DNA of 64,000 nucleotides from Sphaerodactylus townsendi (taxonomy: Eukaryota): positions 45,198,001 through 45,262,000 of the forward strand of contig NC_059434.1 in assembly GCF_021028975.2 (NCBI RefSeq), in the 5' to 3' direction. This document shows positions 1 through 13,218 of the stretch, one piece after another (within the stretch, counting starts at the first letter, position 1; each line of letters begins with the position of its first letter). Below the pieces are notes generated by a model. It saw only the letters and a list, made by a program, of their open reading frames with translations. It made no database searches and was not told where the DNA came from. Position numbers and translations under genes: made by a program.

Positions 1-1288
1 CCCACCCCCTCCACCTACGTCACGCTGGCAGCAGAATGGCCCCGCCTGCTGGACTGGACACTGGTGCTGAGCCCGCTCACTCTCCATGCCCGCTCCCAGG
101 CAGCAATGGCAGCCAAGGTAATTCTCAGCCATGCTTTATCAATGTCTGTAGTCAAGTAAACTTTACCAAGTCCTTGTTCTTTCCTTGTATATAACAGTAG
201 ATTCAACCAGATTAAGTCAGGCAGGGAATATTAGAGAACACAAATAAAACATTTGTTTACTAGACTCTTGAGGAAACAACCAGCATCCAGTTCCTACATG
301 TACAACAAAGGAAGCAACAATTTGTTTGGTTTTATTCTAAACAGAATCAGCTCCTTTAATGAAGATATTTCCATTTGTTTAACATGAACTGTATAGATCT
401 GTGTTCCATTAGAATCTAAGATAATTCAATTTTTAGACAATCGATAATAAAGTTCAATCTCTCTGGTATCTTTTCAGATAATTTGATACAGATTCTTTTG
501 GCCCAGTTCTCCTGCTTTTTAAGTTTTGGCAGGAGTGCACAACATTGCTACATTGTTTGTAGTTCTATTCTCTTTGCCAGCTGCTTTTGGGAAAAATCAA
601 AGAAAGTCAGAAGGCAGGATAGATCAAGCCACAGTTGTTGGCTAATGTTTTATAGTTCCCTTCTTTTTTTATTGGTTTACACGTCTTGAACATCTCATTC
701 AGTATTTCTAAATAGATTGTTCCTCTCCAAGCTTCTAGGGTGTTCAGTTTCACTGCTAGAAAAATGTTGCAATCGTACAGCAGGAGTTTCTGCACAATAG
801 TTTTTTTGTAGAAAGTTGGCTGGTTTGATATTGGGAGAGAGAGGTTCTCTTTTGCCAAGGCCCATCAGTCCATGGACAAATAAATGACATGTACTGCAAG
901 CTATATACCATCTACACTACAGGATTGTCTAAAAAGGCCAAGGGAAGACGGGAGAGAGCACGATGCAGTCCAAAATATTTGATCATACAAACCATCTTTT
1001 ACACATTACAAATGGTTAGTGCTTGATGCCTCTATCTACAATAATGCAAATTTTGCTGTCTGAAAAATGCTTTATTTTGCCACATAATCTCAATTTAACC
1101 CATTTAAATAAGATACCTTAGTTGGTATACTTTTTATATAAAATATTTATAAACCTACCTTTGATTCAAACAATGGGACCCAAGGCAGGTAACAGTGGAG
1201 ATAAAATAGATAAAATAAGATTAAATAGACAACAGTAAGTAATTAAACCACAAACAAAGAGTACAAATGAGAACAACAATTTCTATTT

Positions 1289-1835
1289 GAGGGAGGAACT
1301 GTGGCTAAGTGGTAAAACCTGGCATGAAAAAGGTCCCAGGCACCTCCAGTGAACAAACATCTTATAGCTGATGATACAAAGATCTCCACCTGAGACTCTA
1401 GAGCTGGGGTCCTATGGGTGTCATGGCACAGAACCTAGTCTGCTGTCCACCAAGTGTTTTTAGGAAGTGGATGGAATGAGGTAGGGCATTTGCACAACAA
1501 AGCTTCTACTTGACTATTGGAGGTTTGATTGGCTGTACAGATTGTTTTAAATGTTGCTTTGGCAACAGCTGCTACCACATCACAACAATCTATACTGTGT
1601 GAATGAAGTTAAGCTGTGGCAATAATCTTGTAGCTAGCTCTGACGCATGTGGCAACCATTTTGTTGCTACCTCCACCGTGCTGTGTTAGAATTCCAAATG
1701 TTCCCACAAAAAGATTTGGGACCCTTATTCTAGAGAGCCAGTGAGACCATGGAAAATTGCTGCCAGTCAGAACAGACAATATTGATATTTATAAACCAAT
1801 TATCTGATTCAGTTGTAGGCAGTCTCATGTGAGTT
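1289..1835 (+). mobile_element. Degenerate tRNA-headed squamate SINE (Squam2-like), interrupted by a hAT-type MITE
   Basis: Head gagggaggaactgtggctaagtggtaaa...aaggtcccagg; body resumes near 1730 with gccagtcagaacagacaatattga...tctgattcagttgtaggcagtctcatgtg. The same family occurs at 6180-6305 and 60110-60850. Boundaries approximate. Confidence 0.6.
1404..1725. mobile_element. Old non-autonomous hAT-like MITE
   Basis: Starts ctggggtcc and ends ttgggaccc. Its internal sequence (tttgattggctgtacagattgttttaaatgttgctttggca) is the reverse complement of the copy at 55791-56104. Confidence 0.5.
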
Positions 1836-4800
1836 ACCTATGCATAGCGCTAGCCAATGCAGTTCAAGATGCCCCAAATGTTTGCTTAAACAATCCAGCT
1901 TTGCAGTCTTTCTTGAAAGCTTAAGAATTTTGATGGGCTTAAGAATTGTATCTCTAAGAACCGTTCCCACTAATGTTTCTGGAAAAATCTGGACCCTTTC
2001 TTTAAAATCAGATTGTCACTTGCTAGTTTCCAATCATCTGGCCTGGAGGCTGATTTCAGTCACAAATTAGATTTACTGGTTAGTAGATCAACAATTTCAC
2101 ATTTGAATCCTTTAAGAACCCTCAGGCACATGACACCTAGTCCTGGAGAAATATTAGCTTTCAGAAACTAGCATGCCAGTTACGAGACTCATGAGACTGG
2201 GCTGGGTGGCTGGCAGTTGACTTTCTCCAGGAAAATTTCTAAAGAGTAACCTACCACAATCTGGGATATTTCACTTCCTGTATGATTAAATATAATTTTA
2301 GATCCTTAATAAAATAATATCAACATCAACATATGATAATATGATAAAATACAATTTTGACACTGTATTTTCAGACATGCACCAGGTGTTGCCCTCCAAA
2401 TGCCTCTCATTAACAAAGAGAGACATAAGTTGGCAGTGAACTAAGGAAAGAGCCATGAGTTTTATAAAACCTGCCTCATAATGAAATGCTGGCAGAAGCA
2501 AAGACTCTATCGCTCTTGAAAACATATGAAAATACTTAAGAGAGAGTGGGGAATTCTTTCAACATTTCTTAGAATTACCAAATTTTTGCAAAAACAGGTG
2601 GAAAGACAAATTTTATGGGGCTCCATTGCAAATCTTGACAGCAGTATTTCACTGAATCCACGAGTCTGTGGCTGGGCAGGAAATAAGGTTTGCTCCACCA
2701 AGGTAGTCTAGATCTAATCTGCCACAGCAAGAGTCAGCAAAGGCAAAACAAAATAGATAGTGAGTTTTTCAAAGAACACATCTATCCCTACTGCCTTCCT
2801 TACCACAACATGCCTTTTCTTCAGGTTAATCACTCTGATTCAATATTTTAGAATAGTGAGGATAATCTTGGGTTGTACTTTCTTTTCTTAAAGACATACA
2901 TAATAGAACTGGGTGTCTATTTAACAGGAATTTGGACGGAAAAAACCTATTTTCTTCCTGCCTTCATGCTACTGCCATGTGAAATATGCTGCATAATATT
3001 TCCATGTTACTTGAGATGATCATCATTTGATGCTTGTCTCAAATTTAATACAGTGTCACCCAGGAACATTTTGATCCAGATTACCAGGGTAATTCACCAT
3101 CGAAACCAAAGAGAAGGAATAAAAGTTATAAGAAATCATAAGGGAGAGCATGCCTGAATGTGTCAGGACAAGAGTTTTGTTGGTGATGTTTTGCTGAACA
3201 TATTGTATGGTTATTTGGGCACCCATACCATTACTGTGTAATTTGGAATACACATTCATTTTGAAAAGCCACTTAACAAGAAAGCATGTTAGCATGTGGC
3301 AAATTTTTCTTACTAGAGTCTGTAAAAAGTCTTGGCATAAAACAGGTGTGTAAAAAAGTGAATTCCAGAAAAAAAGCTTTAAATTAAGTATTTGACGAGG
3401 TCTCCCAGATGTTTCGTGGCACGTTGGAAAGGGAAGGGGAGAGAGAGGTGACCTGTGGAGTTGGCAAAAGCACAGATCATTTGTGAAAGCATTACTGGGC
3501 TGCAAAAATCGCAGCAAATTCTCTAAAGCGTAATTTGCTAAACCAACTGCAAAAGAGGTGGTCATAAATAAGGGATGCTAGCAGATGTCTGTAGACCCCA
3601 GATTTAACTCTAAGCCTATTAAAACTTTAAACACTGCCTTCCTCATTGTCGGAGAGACCTGAATTGTGCTGCAGCTCAACGTTTTTTGGGAATTCAAGTT
3701 CTGATTGCTGAGCACCTTCAGGCTGTTCTCTGAAGAGTTTTTTGAAGTTGGCTGATAGGCTGTTTAAGAACCTAAAGCAATGTGCTATAAATCCACTGAC
3801 TGGGGAAAATCGAAACTGCTCCAAAAGTGACCTTGCAATAAAGCAGAGTTACAGCTATTTCAGAACAGGAACACTTGGATGCTCTTAGTTTTACCCAGAC
3901 CATTCATGGGGTTTTTCATCAGTTCTGGCCACATACAGCTTCAGCTTATCTTCTGATTCCTGCATGCATTTTTGGTCCTTTTGTTTTCACTTCAGTTTTC
4001 ACAATCTCATTTTTCTAGTGAATATTTTTCTGAATGGATTTAACTGACTGTTGTGTTGGTTTAACTTGAAGTCCCCTGCTGATTTGGGTGCATCTTATTA
4101 TTGTGAATGGGTTGGTCTACATTCTTCTGCTTGGCTACTATATATCATGCTGGTAAGGTCAATGTTTGAGTTTCGCCTAGGAGAGAAATTATCAGAATTG
4201 TTCCTAAATGCCCTCAGGGTTTTCAAGAACTTGAAGGTGTGGGGATATTCTTGGAAAGTCTCCCTGGGATTTTGAAATAAATAAAACTGACCAGGCCACT
4301 TGCTGATGTAAGTGGATAGTGCTGTTCAAAACAACAGATTTCAGTGGATCTAATCCATGTACACTAACAAATGAACCATCTGCTTATTTAAGGCCAGTTG
4401 TTACCATACTGCCAAAAACACATGAATATACATTCAGATTAATATAGTGAATTAGCTTGCATATTTGTGCAGAGCATGGCAAATCTGAATCTAAAGAGAT
4501 GGCTGTGAGTCGCAAATCTTCAGTAGGAAAAGGATGACAGAGACCTAATTTAAAGGGGATTTGGTACCACAGTGGTGGCAGTAGGGAATCTATCTTAAGC
4601 AAATGCTTATCCCAGTTAATATAGCAACAATTTATGAATATTCAGCAGAGCTATTCCAATTTGGAGCAGGAGTTAATCTTTTGAGATTAAAAAAAGTGGA
4701 AAATGAGGAGCAGTGGCTATTTACGCACAAGTAACTGAAAACATTTGCAAAACATTTGCAAAACATTTTCAATCCTTGCTGTTTGTCCACATTCACCTCT

Positions 4801-5057
4801 TTGAAATGCTTCCTGGCTACCATTTTGTAATTCTCCTGTTTTATTTCGTCATCATAGATTCAATGCTACAGTGCTTCAAAGTTTTGTACTTCAATTCTCC
4901 ATAAATTGTGCACTCAAAGATATCACCCCAATTAAAAAACAACAAAAACCTGATGGAAATAAATAGAGGGGACAACAGAACGATCTCATAAAATGCTGCC
5001 GAAGAGGATGTTCAAGGACAGCAGATAGTTGTGGGAAATATTTTAAAGACATAAAAC

Positions 5058-5312
5058 GTCTATTCTACTCTGCATTGGTCAGACCTCACCTAAAGTACTG
5101 TGTTCACTTCTCGGCACTGAAATTTAAAAAGGATATTGATAAGCTGGAGCATGTCCAGAGGAGGGCAACCAAAAGGGTAAAAGTTACGGAATCCATGCCC
5201 TATGAAGACAGACTTAAGGGAGCTGGGAATGTTTCGTCTGGAGAAGCTAAGGTTAAGGGGGGACATGATAGCTATGTTTAAATATTTGAAGGGATGCCAT
5301 TGTATAGGAATG
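5058..5312 (+). mobile_element. CR1 LINE ORF2 C-terminal fragment
   Basis: Translates to ALVRPHLKYCVHF..FKKDIDKLEHVQRRATK...YEDRLK and, after a frameshift, [17 protein letters not shown]; these are typical CR1 ORF2 motifs. Confidence 0.9.
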
Positions 5313-5680
5313 ATCAAATATTTCCAAAATTGTAAAAAAAAAAGCCGTATCTTTCTCTGTTCCTAAATATTTTAAATATATGTTCAGTCTTAATTTATTT
5401 TTAATTCCTGTAAGAATACTGAAACTAATACTAAATTGACTGGAAGGGGGCTATAAAAGGCCACAGGAAAAAAAAACCTTTGTGTGCTGAAAAAAAACTT
5501 TGGCTGCTCACATACCTTGCAAAACAGTCTGTGAATAGTTTCATTTAAACAGTCAAAACCATGTGGGTTTGTCTACCAGATTTGTAGAAAATTCAGAGGG
5601 AATCCCTACCATGTTCTGAAGATCCTATATGTCAAGGCATAGGCACTCCATAAGCATAAATATTGGCCTAGCTCCTCTTT

Positions 5681-5821
5681 GGCTCATTCCACACATGCAG
5701 AATAATGCACTTTCAAACTGCTTTCAGTGCTCTTTGAAGCTGTGCAGAATGGCAAAATCCACTTGCAAACAGTTGTGAAAGTGGTTTGAAAACGCATTAT
5801 TTTGCGTGTACGGAAGGGGCC
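5681..5821. mobile_element. PIF/Harbinger-type MITE (141 bp)
   Basis: Imperfect TIRs ggctcattccacacatgcagaataatgc / gcattattttgcgtgtacggaaggggcc, flanked by TTT on both sides (3-bp TSD). Inverted near-identical copy at 13078-13218. Confidence 0.8.
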
Positions 5822-6179
5822 TTTAATTATTTTCCCTCCCCCCAGATCTATAGGCATTGCTTTGGGGGGGAGGGGAAAACCAGGATTCTCCCCTCCTATC
5901 TAGGTCTAAAAAGTATGAAATCCTAATATATATAACTAAGCTTGCTTATTCTCCAGACTGGCGAGTCACAAGATGTCATGTGGAATCACATGGAAATCAC
6001 ATGGAAAACCTGTTATTGGACTTTACAAATTGAATGCACTACCAGTAAATTCGCTTCACACAGAAAATGTGTTACCAAGGGAAAAGATCCATGTTGACAA
6101 GTTTTCCATGAAGTTACCTTTCAATAAACCAAGACACATTAATTGCCTCTACTCTTGCAGTATCTGTCAAGGTCAATGT

Positions 6180-6305
6180 TTTATACTCTGACTAATGGTT
6201 CTGAGGGTCCTCAGGTCACCTGATTTTTTTGGAGATACCAGGGATTGAATTTGGGACTTTCTGCATACAAGGAGATACTGTACCACTGAGCCACAAACCC
6301 ACTGC
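6180..6305 (-). mobile_element. tRNA-headed SINE fragment (Squam2-like)
   Basis: Reverse complement reads gtgggtttgtggctcagtggtacagtatctccttgtatgcagaaagtcccaaattcaatccctgg (A-box and B-box-like). Confidence 0.6.
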
Positions 6306-6785
6306 TTCTTTATAATGGAAGAAGACTTTCTATTACCTGCTTCTCTTATGAGAAGCATACCTTTGGATGCATCTCATGTGTACTATTTTTTTCCCTGGGG
6401 AATATTCAAATATGGAAGCATAACAGCTCACAGATAGGAACAATCTGAAGTGATACAATCCATTGACAGTTTTACCACATGTATAGAGTAGTCTTCCTGA
6501 GGAGGATACAGTTCATGATATGACAGCAGTGGTTTTTATTGAAAAGGCATTTCCTGTGGGACAGATGTTTGGGAGTCCAAATATCCTAATTAGTACAGTG
6601 CTTGTCCTGTCTTTTAGAGGCAATAAAGAATTAACTAATAACTTTAATAACTTTCTGAGACTGCATACTTCCTTAGATGAAATGGGTCTTGGTTCCAAGT
6701 AGGCATGTACAGAATCAGTTGAGCTATAAAAGTGTCAACAAGTTTCAGCACAGACAATTGTCAGAGCAACCAGTGTATCTCAGTA

Positions 6786-7280
6786 CCATATATACTTGCG
6801 CAAAAGCTGAGTTTTTCAGCCCATTTTCCAGGCTGAAAAATGCCCCCCTCGGCTTATACGCAAGTCACGGAGGCTGCCCAGCTGGCTGGCGAAGAGGGGA
6901 GATCTTCAGCCAGCCCAGCAACCTCCGTGCAAGGGAGGAGCCCAAGGCAGCAGCCCCAGTCGAGGGCTGTTGACTTGGGCACCCCTCGTTTCCACAGAGG
7001 CTGCCCAGTTGGCTGGGGAAGAGTGGAGATCTTCCCCTCTTCCCCAGCCAGCCCAGCGACCTCCGTGCAAGGGAGGAGCCCAAGGCAGCAGCCCCAGTCT
7101 GTTGTTCAATGTCTTGAGCCCTTGTGGGGGGTGGGTAGTATCCAAATCCAATAAACTAACTAAGCTGCTGCATTTTCCACCCTCGGCTTGTACGCGAGTC
7201 AATAAGTTTCCCCAGGTTTTGGTGGTAAATATAGGTGCCTCGGTTTATACACGGGTCGGCTTATACACAAGTATATACGG
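6786..7280. mobile_element. Tc2/pogo-type (TcMar) non-autonomous element with an internal ~130-bp tandem duplication
   Basis: TA-ccatatatacttgcg ... caagtatatacgg-TA. The internal unit (gaggctgcccag...caagggaggagcccaaggcagcagccccagtc) appears twice, about 6870-6961 and 6997-7098. Confidence 0.85.
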
Positions 7281-9479
7281 TAATCCAAATTCCTCACAAA
7301 CTACAGGATATTCCTTAGAGTTGCTGATCTGCAGAACTATGAGCTGGAGGCTCCTGAGTCACAGCCTAAGTTCCTCTCCTGAGAAAAAACAGCAAATGGT
7401 CTTCTGTCTACCATTAGAAAACATCTGGTAAGAACTATCAAAAGGGAGCCTACTAAGCATACATTTTAACAGTGCTGTTGGGATCTTTTTATTACAGTCA
7501 TTTACACACACTCTCTCTCTCTCTCTCACAAAGCACATATACACAAAATCATAAAAAGATTGGAGTTTACTCAGTTTTGCTAATGCTTTTGGAATTTTAC
7601 TAATCAACATATCGACATTAATAAAACAATGACACCTTTTAAAAACCAATGCGGAGGAAAGGTTCCAAATATTTCCTATCAAAAAAAGACTTTTGAACTT
7701 TATGTTGTGCATTTTTTAAAAAAAGAAAATGCCTAGTGGAAAGGAGCGTGAACTTCAAATTATTCCAATTAATGGTAGAGCCACAGATCAAGGCAAAAAT
7801 ACCCCCTTTGAATAGCAAGCTGGTATGTGGGAATATTAATTTAAAAAGGAACCAAGTGGCAGAGAAATAGTTTTTTCTCTTCCAGGTGTAAGACTGTCTG
7901 AAGCAACTCCGTTAATCAAATTAAATAGAGGTAAAATCAATGTGATATCACAAACTATACTGTGTCTTAAAATATAAATAACTCCGCCTCACTGAACATT
8001 TCAGGATATAAAGCACCATATAACACTATATACATGCAAATGACCTTCAGTCTGCCAGCAAATTAGGCTTGCCATTTGCCTATCTGTAGTAGGTAAGCTT
8101 CCACCCTTGGTACAATCCTCCACCTCTGGAAAACTGAGGAGTGGGAGAAAAATGTCTAAAAATTTCATCCATAATAGTACTCAGGGAAATTTTCAGATCT
8201 TTGTGATAGCGATTAGAGAGATTCCTGGAGCATCACAGATGTTACGTTCTCCCCAAACTCTATTGTTCCCAGGCACCACTCTCAAAATCTCCTGGCATTT
8301 GCTGAAGCAGTTCTGCAGCAAATCTTTGTTGATAGTTAATTGGCCTTAGTCTACACATGCTAAGGGAGTAGAAGGAGGTTTACAAGTGCACTGTGCAGAC
8401 ATAAGGTAAGTAATAATAATTTTGCTAAGTCCGTGTATAAAAATATGCCTGCACATAAACCAGCATTTATACCTTCTTTTCACACAACTTTGGATCCCTA
8501 AGGTGGCAAACAATTAAAAACAAACTTTCTGACTCTTACCTGTGCCAAAGCCATGCTGATTCATCCTCAGCAAGACTTGTTCTTCTGTACATTTAATCAA
8601 TAGTTGCTACCCAATTTACTTTGGAGAGGCTTGTGGATCTGTATCTTCTTGGAGAAGCTAATGAATTTGAAGGATATTCCTGGAGCTCTTATTGAAATTT
8701 CCTTTACCGTGGGTATTTTATATCCCTCTCATAATTTTAGGAAGATTATGGTTACTCAAGCTCATCTCAAGCCCACTGTATGGTAGGGCTGATGTTAAAA
8801 AAAGTTGTGATTATAACTGGAATTGGATGGTATCTTTACAAGAGGTAACACAGAATGTATGCACTGAATTTAACAATAGCATTTCATATGTGCTGCTATT
8901 GTGCTGTTCCTTTTAAGCTCACTTGCACATTCTGGCAGAATCTAGAAAAGTCCATAACTATAGTGCTTTTACTTCAACTCACAAAGTTGGATTTGGCTTT
9001 TTCTCCCAACCTCATCCAGTGCTCTTTCTTTCTGCAGCCCCTCTCCCATAAGGTTTTTGTCTATACAGGTCCCATTTTCAACATAGCCTTTTTGGTGGTC
9101 AAAAGGAAGTCCTTTCCTCCCTTTTTCATCATGGAAGAGATGGTTAATTCCAACTCACAATCTAAACAGGAAATAATGGAGAGTGCATGGAAAGTTCATA
9201 GTAGATATTGCTAGAATTTGTTGTGGTGCATTTTTTCCTGATTATTCAAGAGATAATTCAGTTTAAAGTTAAGGGGCAAGAACCTGCCAAAGTTGGGGCC
9301 TTAAGAAAAAAGTTAGGTCTAAATTTCATAAATTTCGGGCAAATAAAGTATGCTCAAGTGACTTTTCAGAAGTTAAACACCAGGTACAAATGCACTTCTG
9401 GTGTACAGATTTCATAAATCTCCCTAAGGTAATGTGAGAGGAAATGTGTTAGTTCTTGCTCTGGTAATCACCCACCTCA

Positions 9480-10290
9480 GCTAGGGGTCAGACAGTGTGT
9501 TTAGATAATCAGCTATCTGACATTTAGCGGGTATAATATCAAAATAAAGGGGGGAACACAGACTCCTTGCTTTGCCAATTAATAATTGGTATTCCTGGTC
9601 AAATAACAGCTCCTTAAATCTGATAAAGGATCTCATTGGTTGAAAGCATGTGAAGCTGGTCCTAAGTAAAACCAAGATAAAGTATTTTGGATTCAATATG
9701 GGCCCACCAGGCAGAGATTTGAGTCATGAAAAAAGCATGGCCGGACCCAAAATTTGAGAGTAATCCACCATGCCCTTGTTTCCAAGAGACACTGTCCTGC
9801 CTCAAGGCAGTGAGCAGCATAAGGTACACAGTGAGGGACCCCAAGTAGTTTGTAACGGAATCCAGATTGTATTTTCTCCAATGAAATATGCCAGGCATCG
9901 ATCCATAGGGGTACCCCAAAGAGGAGTTGTTGTGTCACCTTGAAGTTATATACCTTTGGACCTGCTGGTATAAACCTGCCACCTTTAGAAAAAATAATGT
10001 TATGACAGCAGCAGAAATACTTTTACAGCCCATAACTACCGCCTCCCTATGTTTGATCCAGCTAGCTTTGTGATGAAAAGTTATGCCCAAGTATTTATAG
10101 AACTTGACCTGCTCAATAGTATCCCTATCTAGATACCAATTTGTAGGCTTGAAAGTACTTGGAAAAACCAAGATCTTAGATTTAAGTTGATGAATTGATA
10201 CCAAATTATTAACAAAATATTCACTACCAAAAGGTGGGTTAGACCAACCTTAATGCAGGATGATAGGAGTGCACCATCTGCATAAAACTT
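9480..10290 (-). mobile_element. Degraded LINE ORF2 (reverse transcriptase 3' half), RTE-X-like
   Basis: Minus strand gives FYADGALLS (YADD-equivalent, about 10265-10290), IEQVKFYKYLGITF, QLLFGVPLW and LEKIQS..KLLGVPHCVPYAAHCLEAGQ. The clade assignment is inferred. Confidence 0.75.
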
Positions 10291-11336
10291 GTTTTATGAA
10301 ACTCTCTCCTTGAGAATGGGAAAAATTGTATATGACACTATAAAGAGATTTGTAGACTCAATGGATTTTACTCCATAAATAGTCTCACAGGAATAGGTCA
10401 TTTCCATTGAACCTCTAGAACTGTTTCTGGGATCAACTCAGATGGAGCTGCGCAAGCACAAATACATGCTGCACATTTTGTGGATTGATGATATCATTAC
10501 ACTGTTAACCACACTTAACAGGACAGCTGTATGCAAAATGAGGTCAAGCTCAGCATATGAGTTTTCTGGCACTGATAAAAGTGCTAGAAGATTCCAGGAA
10601 TTCTCTGTTCTGTCTCTGCTAGCAATTTATCACCCATTGCAATTGGAATTCAGTGGTATCCCTACACAAATTAATTCATGACTACAATTCAGCCTAGTCT
10701 TGTCCATAGGGTACAGGCATTTAACCTGTGCTTTCCAGGTGGGATGAGAAGATAAACTGAAATAAATTGATATTGTACCATCTTTGATAACAATACTTTA
10801 TTATGCTCTTTTTCTTTTTACTGCTTACTTCATAACAGCAGAATTTTCAACTCCTGGATTTATCCTCAGTTTAATGACTTATAAATTCTAATTTCCTTAG
10901 CCAAACATTTAAGACTTAAACCCTGCAGTGCTCACATTACACATATTTATTAGGTGCACTACTCCCCCTTTGCTCCCCTGGGAATATTACTCTCAGCAAC
11001 CTCATCCACATTTTTGGATTTCTTGCAAATGTCTTCCTTCATGGTGCCTTGTTGGGTCATTAACATTTACATGCCAACAGCTTCCCGCTGAGATCGTGTT
11101 AGTCGTCTTGGCACCCTTTCCCTCCACATCTGCTATTTTTATAAAGCCGGTAATACTTTTGCCAGCAACTAGTCTTGTTTATGCATGTAGCCCATGTCTC
11201 TTTCAGAAATCTATGGTGAACTATTCGAAAGCCATTTCTTCTACAATTTATGTCCAACATCCTCCAAAGGTGACACTGACCATTGATTCAAAGCCATCTT
11301 TACTAACTAATCATTTTCTCCTATCAAGATTAATCG

Positions 11337-12246
11337 AGAAGAAGAGTTTGGATTTATACTCTGCCTTTCTCTCCTATAAGGAATTTCAAAGCAGTTTAGC
11401 AATTATTTTCTGTCCCCCTTGCAACAGGCACCTGGTGATGTAAATGGGGCTGACAAAGTTCTGAGAGAACTGTGAGTAGCCCAACATCACGCAGCAGGTT
11501 TCATGTGTAGGAGTGACAACTCTGCCCCTTGAGTGTCAGTCACAAGACCACGCGATTCAGTTGCAAAAAGGCAAATGGTTGAAAAATCAGTGAAAGTTTA
11601 TTACCAGAGCTCTTATCAACTAGGCCTAGTTGGGTCCAGGACGAATTTTGCAAGCGATACATTCATTTTTATAATGATACGTCAACAAGCAGTATTAAAT
11701 TAACGATTGGCTAATTAGTATTTCACCTCCTCTTTTTCCTGTCTATGTCTTGTCTAAATTTGGATGCGTTCCGGTATACGTGGTTGGCGACCAGTTTGAG
11801 ATAGATACATGTCACAGATAACCATGAAGCAAAGTTCCCTGGGGAGGGGGTCAGGAGGAGAAGAGAGCAGGTGGCTTTTCTGAGAATCACAAGAACACAA
11901 CATCAAAGAGTATTTCTAAGAGAAACTCTGGTGGTTTTGACACCTCTAGTACAGGATATAGATAAGCTTGGTCTTTGCAAGGCAAGCAGTTTGCGGTTAA
12001 GGCATCTTAGCATGTTTGCAAAAAGAATGCTTTTCAGAAAATAAAATGCTTTTCAAAGTTTTTCTCTGTAGGTTTAAGCTTCAGCAAAGAGGCCTCTAAA
12101 ATCATCTTTTGGGGTTCACCTTACAGGAGAAGGGAAACAAATACAGTTCACTGGATAAGAGTCTGCCACTCATGTGGAGGAGTGGGGAATCAAACCCAGT
12201 TCTCCAGATTAGAGTCCACTTCTCTTAACCAATACACCATGCTGGT
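11337..12246 (-). mobile_element. Squam3-like tRNA/CORE SINE split by a solo LTR
   Basis: Tail agaagaagagtttggatttata at 11337. The SINE body stops at ...catgtgtaggag (11513) and resumes at 12126 ggagaagggaaacaaa...ctcttaaccaatacaccatgctgg. Confidence 0.85.
11514..12125 (-). mobile_element. Solo LTR (612 bp), class I ERV- or Gypsy-type
   Basis: TG...CA ends with a 4-bp TSD GGAG (11510-11513 and 12126-12129). On the minus strand, CCAAT (11706-11710), TATAAAA (11667-11673) and AATAAA (11597-11602) fall in U3-R-U5 order. Confidence 0.85.
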
Positions 12247-13077
12247 TGTCAAGTAGAAAGCAAGAAGTAAAACCCTATGTACAGATTCCAACCTGATACA
12301 GGAAGGCAGGGGAAATTCTTCTGTTACAAGGACCAGCCTTTTAATATTTATTAAAGCCAAATTATGTTTTCTTTTAACCAATCTCATCATATCTTTATTC
12401 TTATGCTGTCTTCTAAATCTAGATTCATATTCCCGATTGACAGGTATGATGTATGTCCACCTAAAGTGAAATTCATTAATTGGCAGTAATTGCATCAATA
12501 GTAATCTGATTTGTGTCTTTATCAGGTAGTTACCAAGCCAGCAAGTGATTGCTTAATTATCCAATTAAATTTGCAGATTGCTTAGCATTTACTATTGTGT
12601 TGCCACCCTGGAAAAGTCTTCTTCCCCATATGTATGATATAGAAGAATCATATTAAGAATGACATCATGCCTCCTAGATGATTTTTTGGAGTAGTACAAG
12701 AAATTTAATTATTCAGAATATAAGAATGTAAGAGAAGAACAAAAGGGAATTTCTTGGTGAGGCAGTTGAGACTCTGTGCACCTAAGATAACCTATGGGTC
12801 TTTCAGTAAGAAAGAGGGGGCTGCCCTTTAATTCCAAAAGCAATTTGCATTTCTAAACAAAGCATCCTGGAAGATGAGAGTCCTGTGTTCCCATGAAATT
12901 GCAGGGAGGCCCATGGGCACTGTAGATAACAACAAGAAGTAAAGATTCAAATACATTGATAAGGAAAGTTCAAGGAATTCAGGATCAGAACTTAAGGAAC
13001 ACGGAAGTAGAAATGTTGAGCAACTAACCAGGAATATCTGGCAATACTCCCTGTTATGTTGCCAATGATTAGGCTTT

Positions 13078-13218
13078 GGCCCCTTCTGCACACACAAAAT
13101 AATGCGTTTTCAAACCACTTTCACAACTGTTTGCAAGTGAATTTTGCTATTCCGCACAGCTTCAAAGAGCACTGAAAGCAGTTTGGAAGTGCATTATTCT
13201 GCATGTGCAGAATGAGCC
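13078..13218. mobile_element. PIF/Harbinger-type MITE, same family as 5681-5821 in the opposite orientation
   Basis: ggccccttctgcacacac...gcatgtgcagaatgagcc, flanked by TTT on both sides. Confidence 0.8.

Noticed and set aside
1-117. GC-rich segment ending at a donor-like CAAG|GTAATT, a possible + strand exon
   Set aside because: Truncated by the window edge, no recognisable protein, and no phase-compatible downstream exon found.
3054-3140. Possible + strand terminal exon (VTQEHFDPDYQGNSPSKPKRRNKSYKKS*) and the overlapping 169-aa minus-strand ORF at 3056-3565
   Set aside because: Weak acceptor and no recognisable homology; cannot be supported without a database search.
8540-8788. Minus-strand exon-like segment with good AG and GTAAGA sites
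   Set aside because: Stop codons in all three frames; at most a non-coding exon, and there is no transcript evidence.
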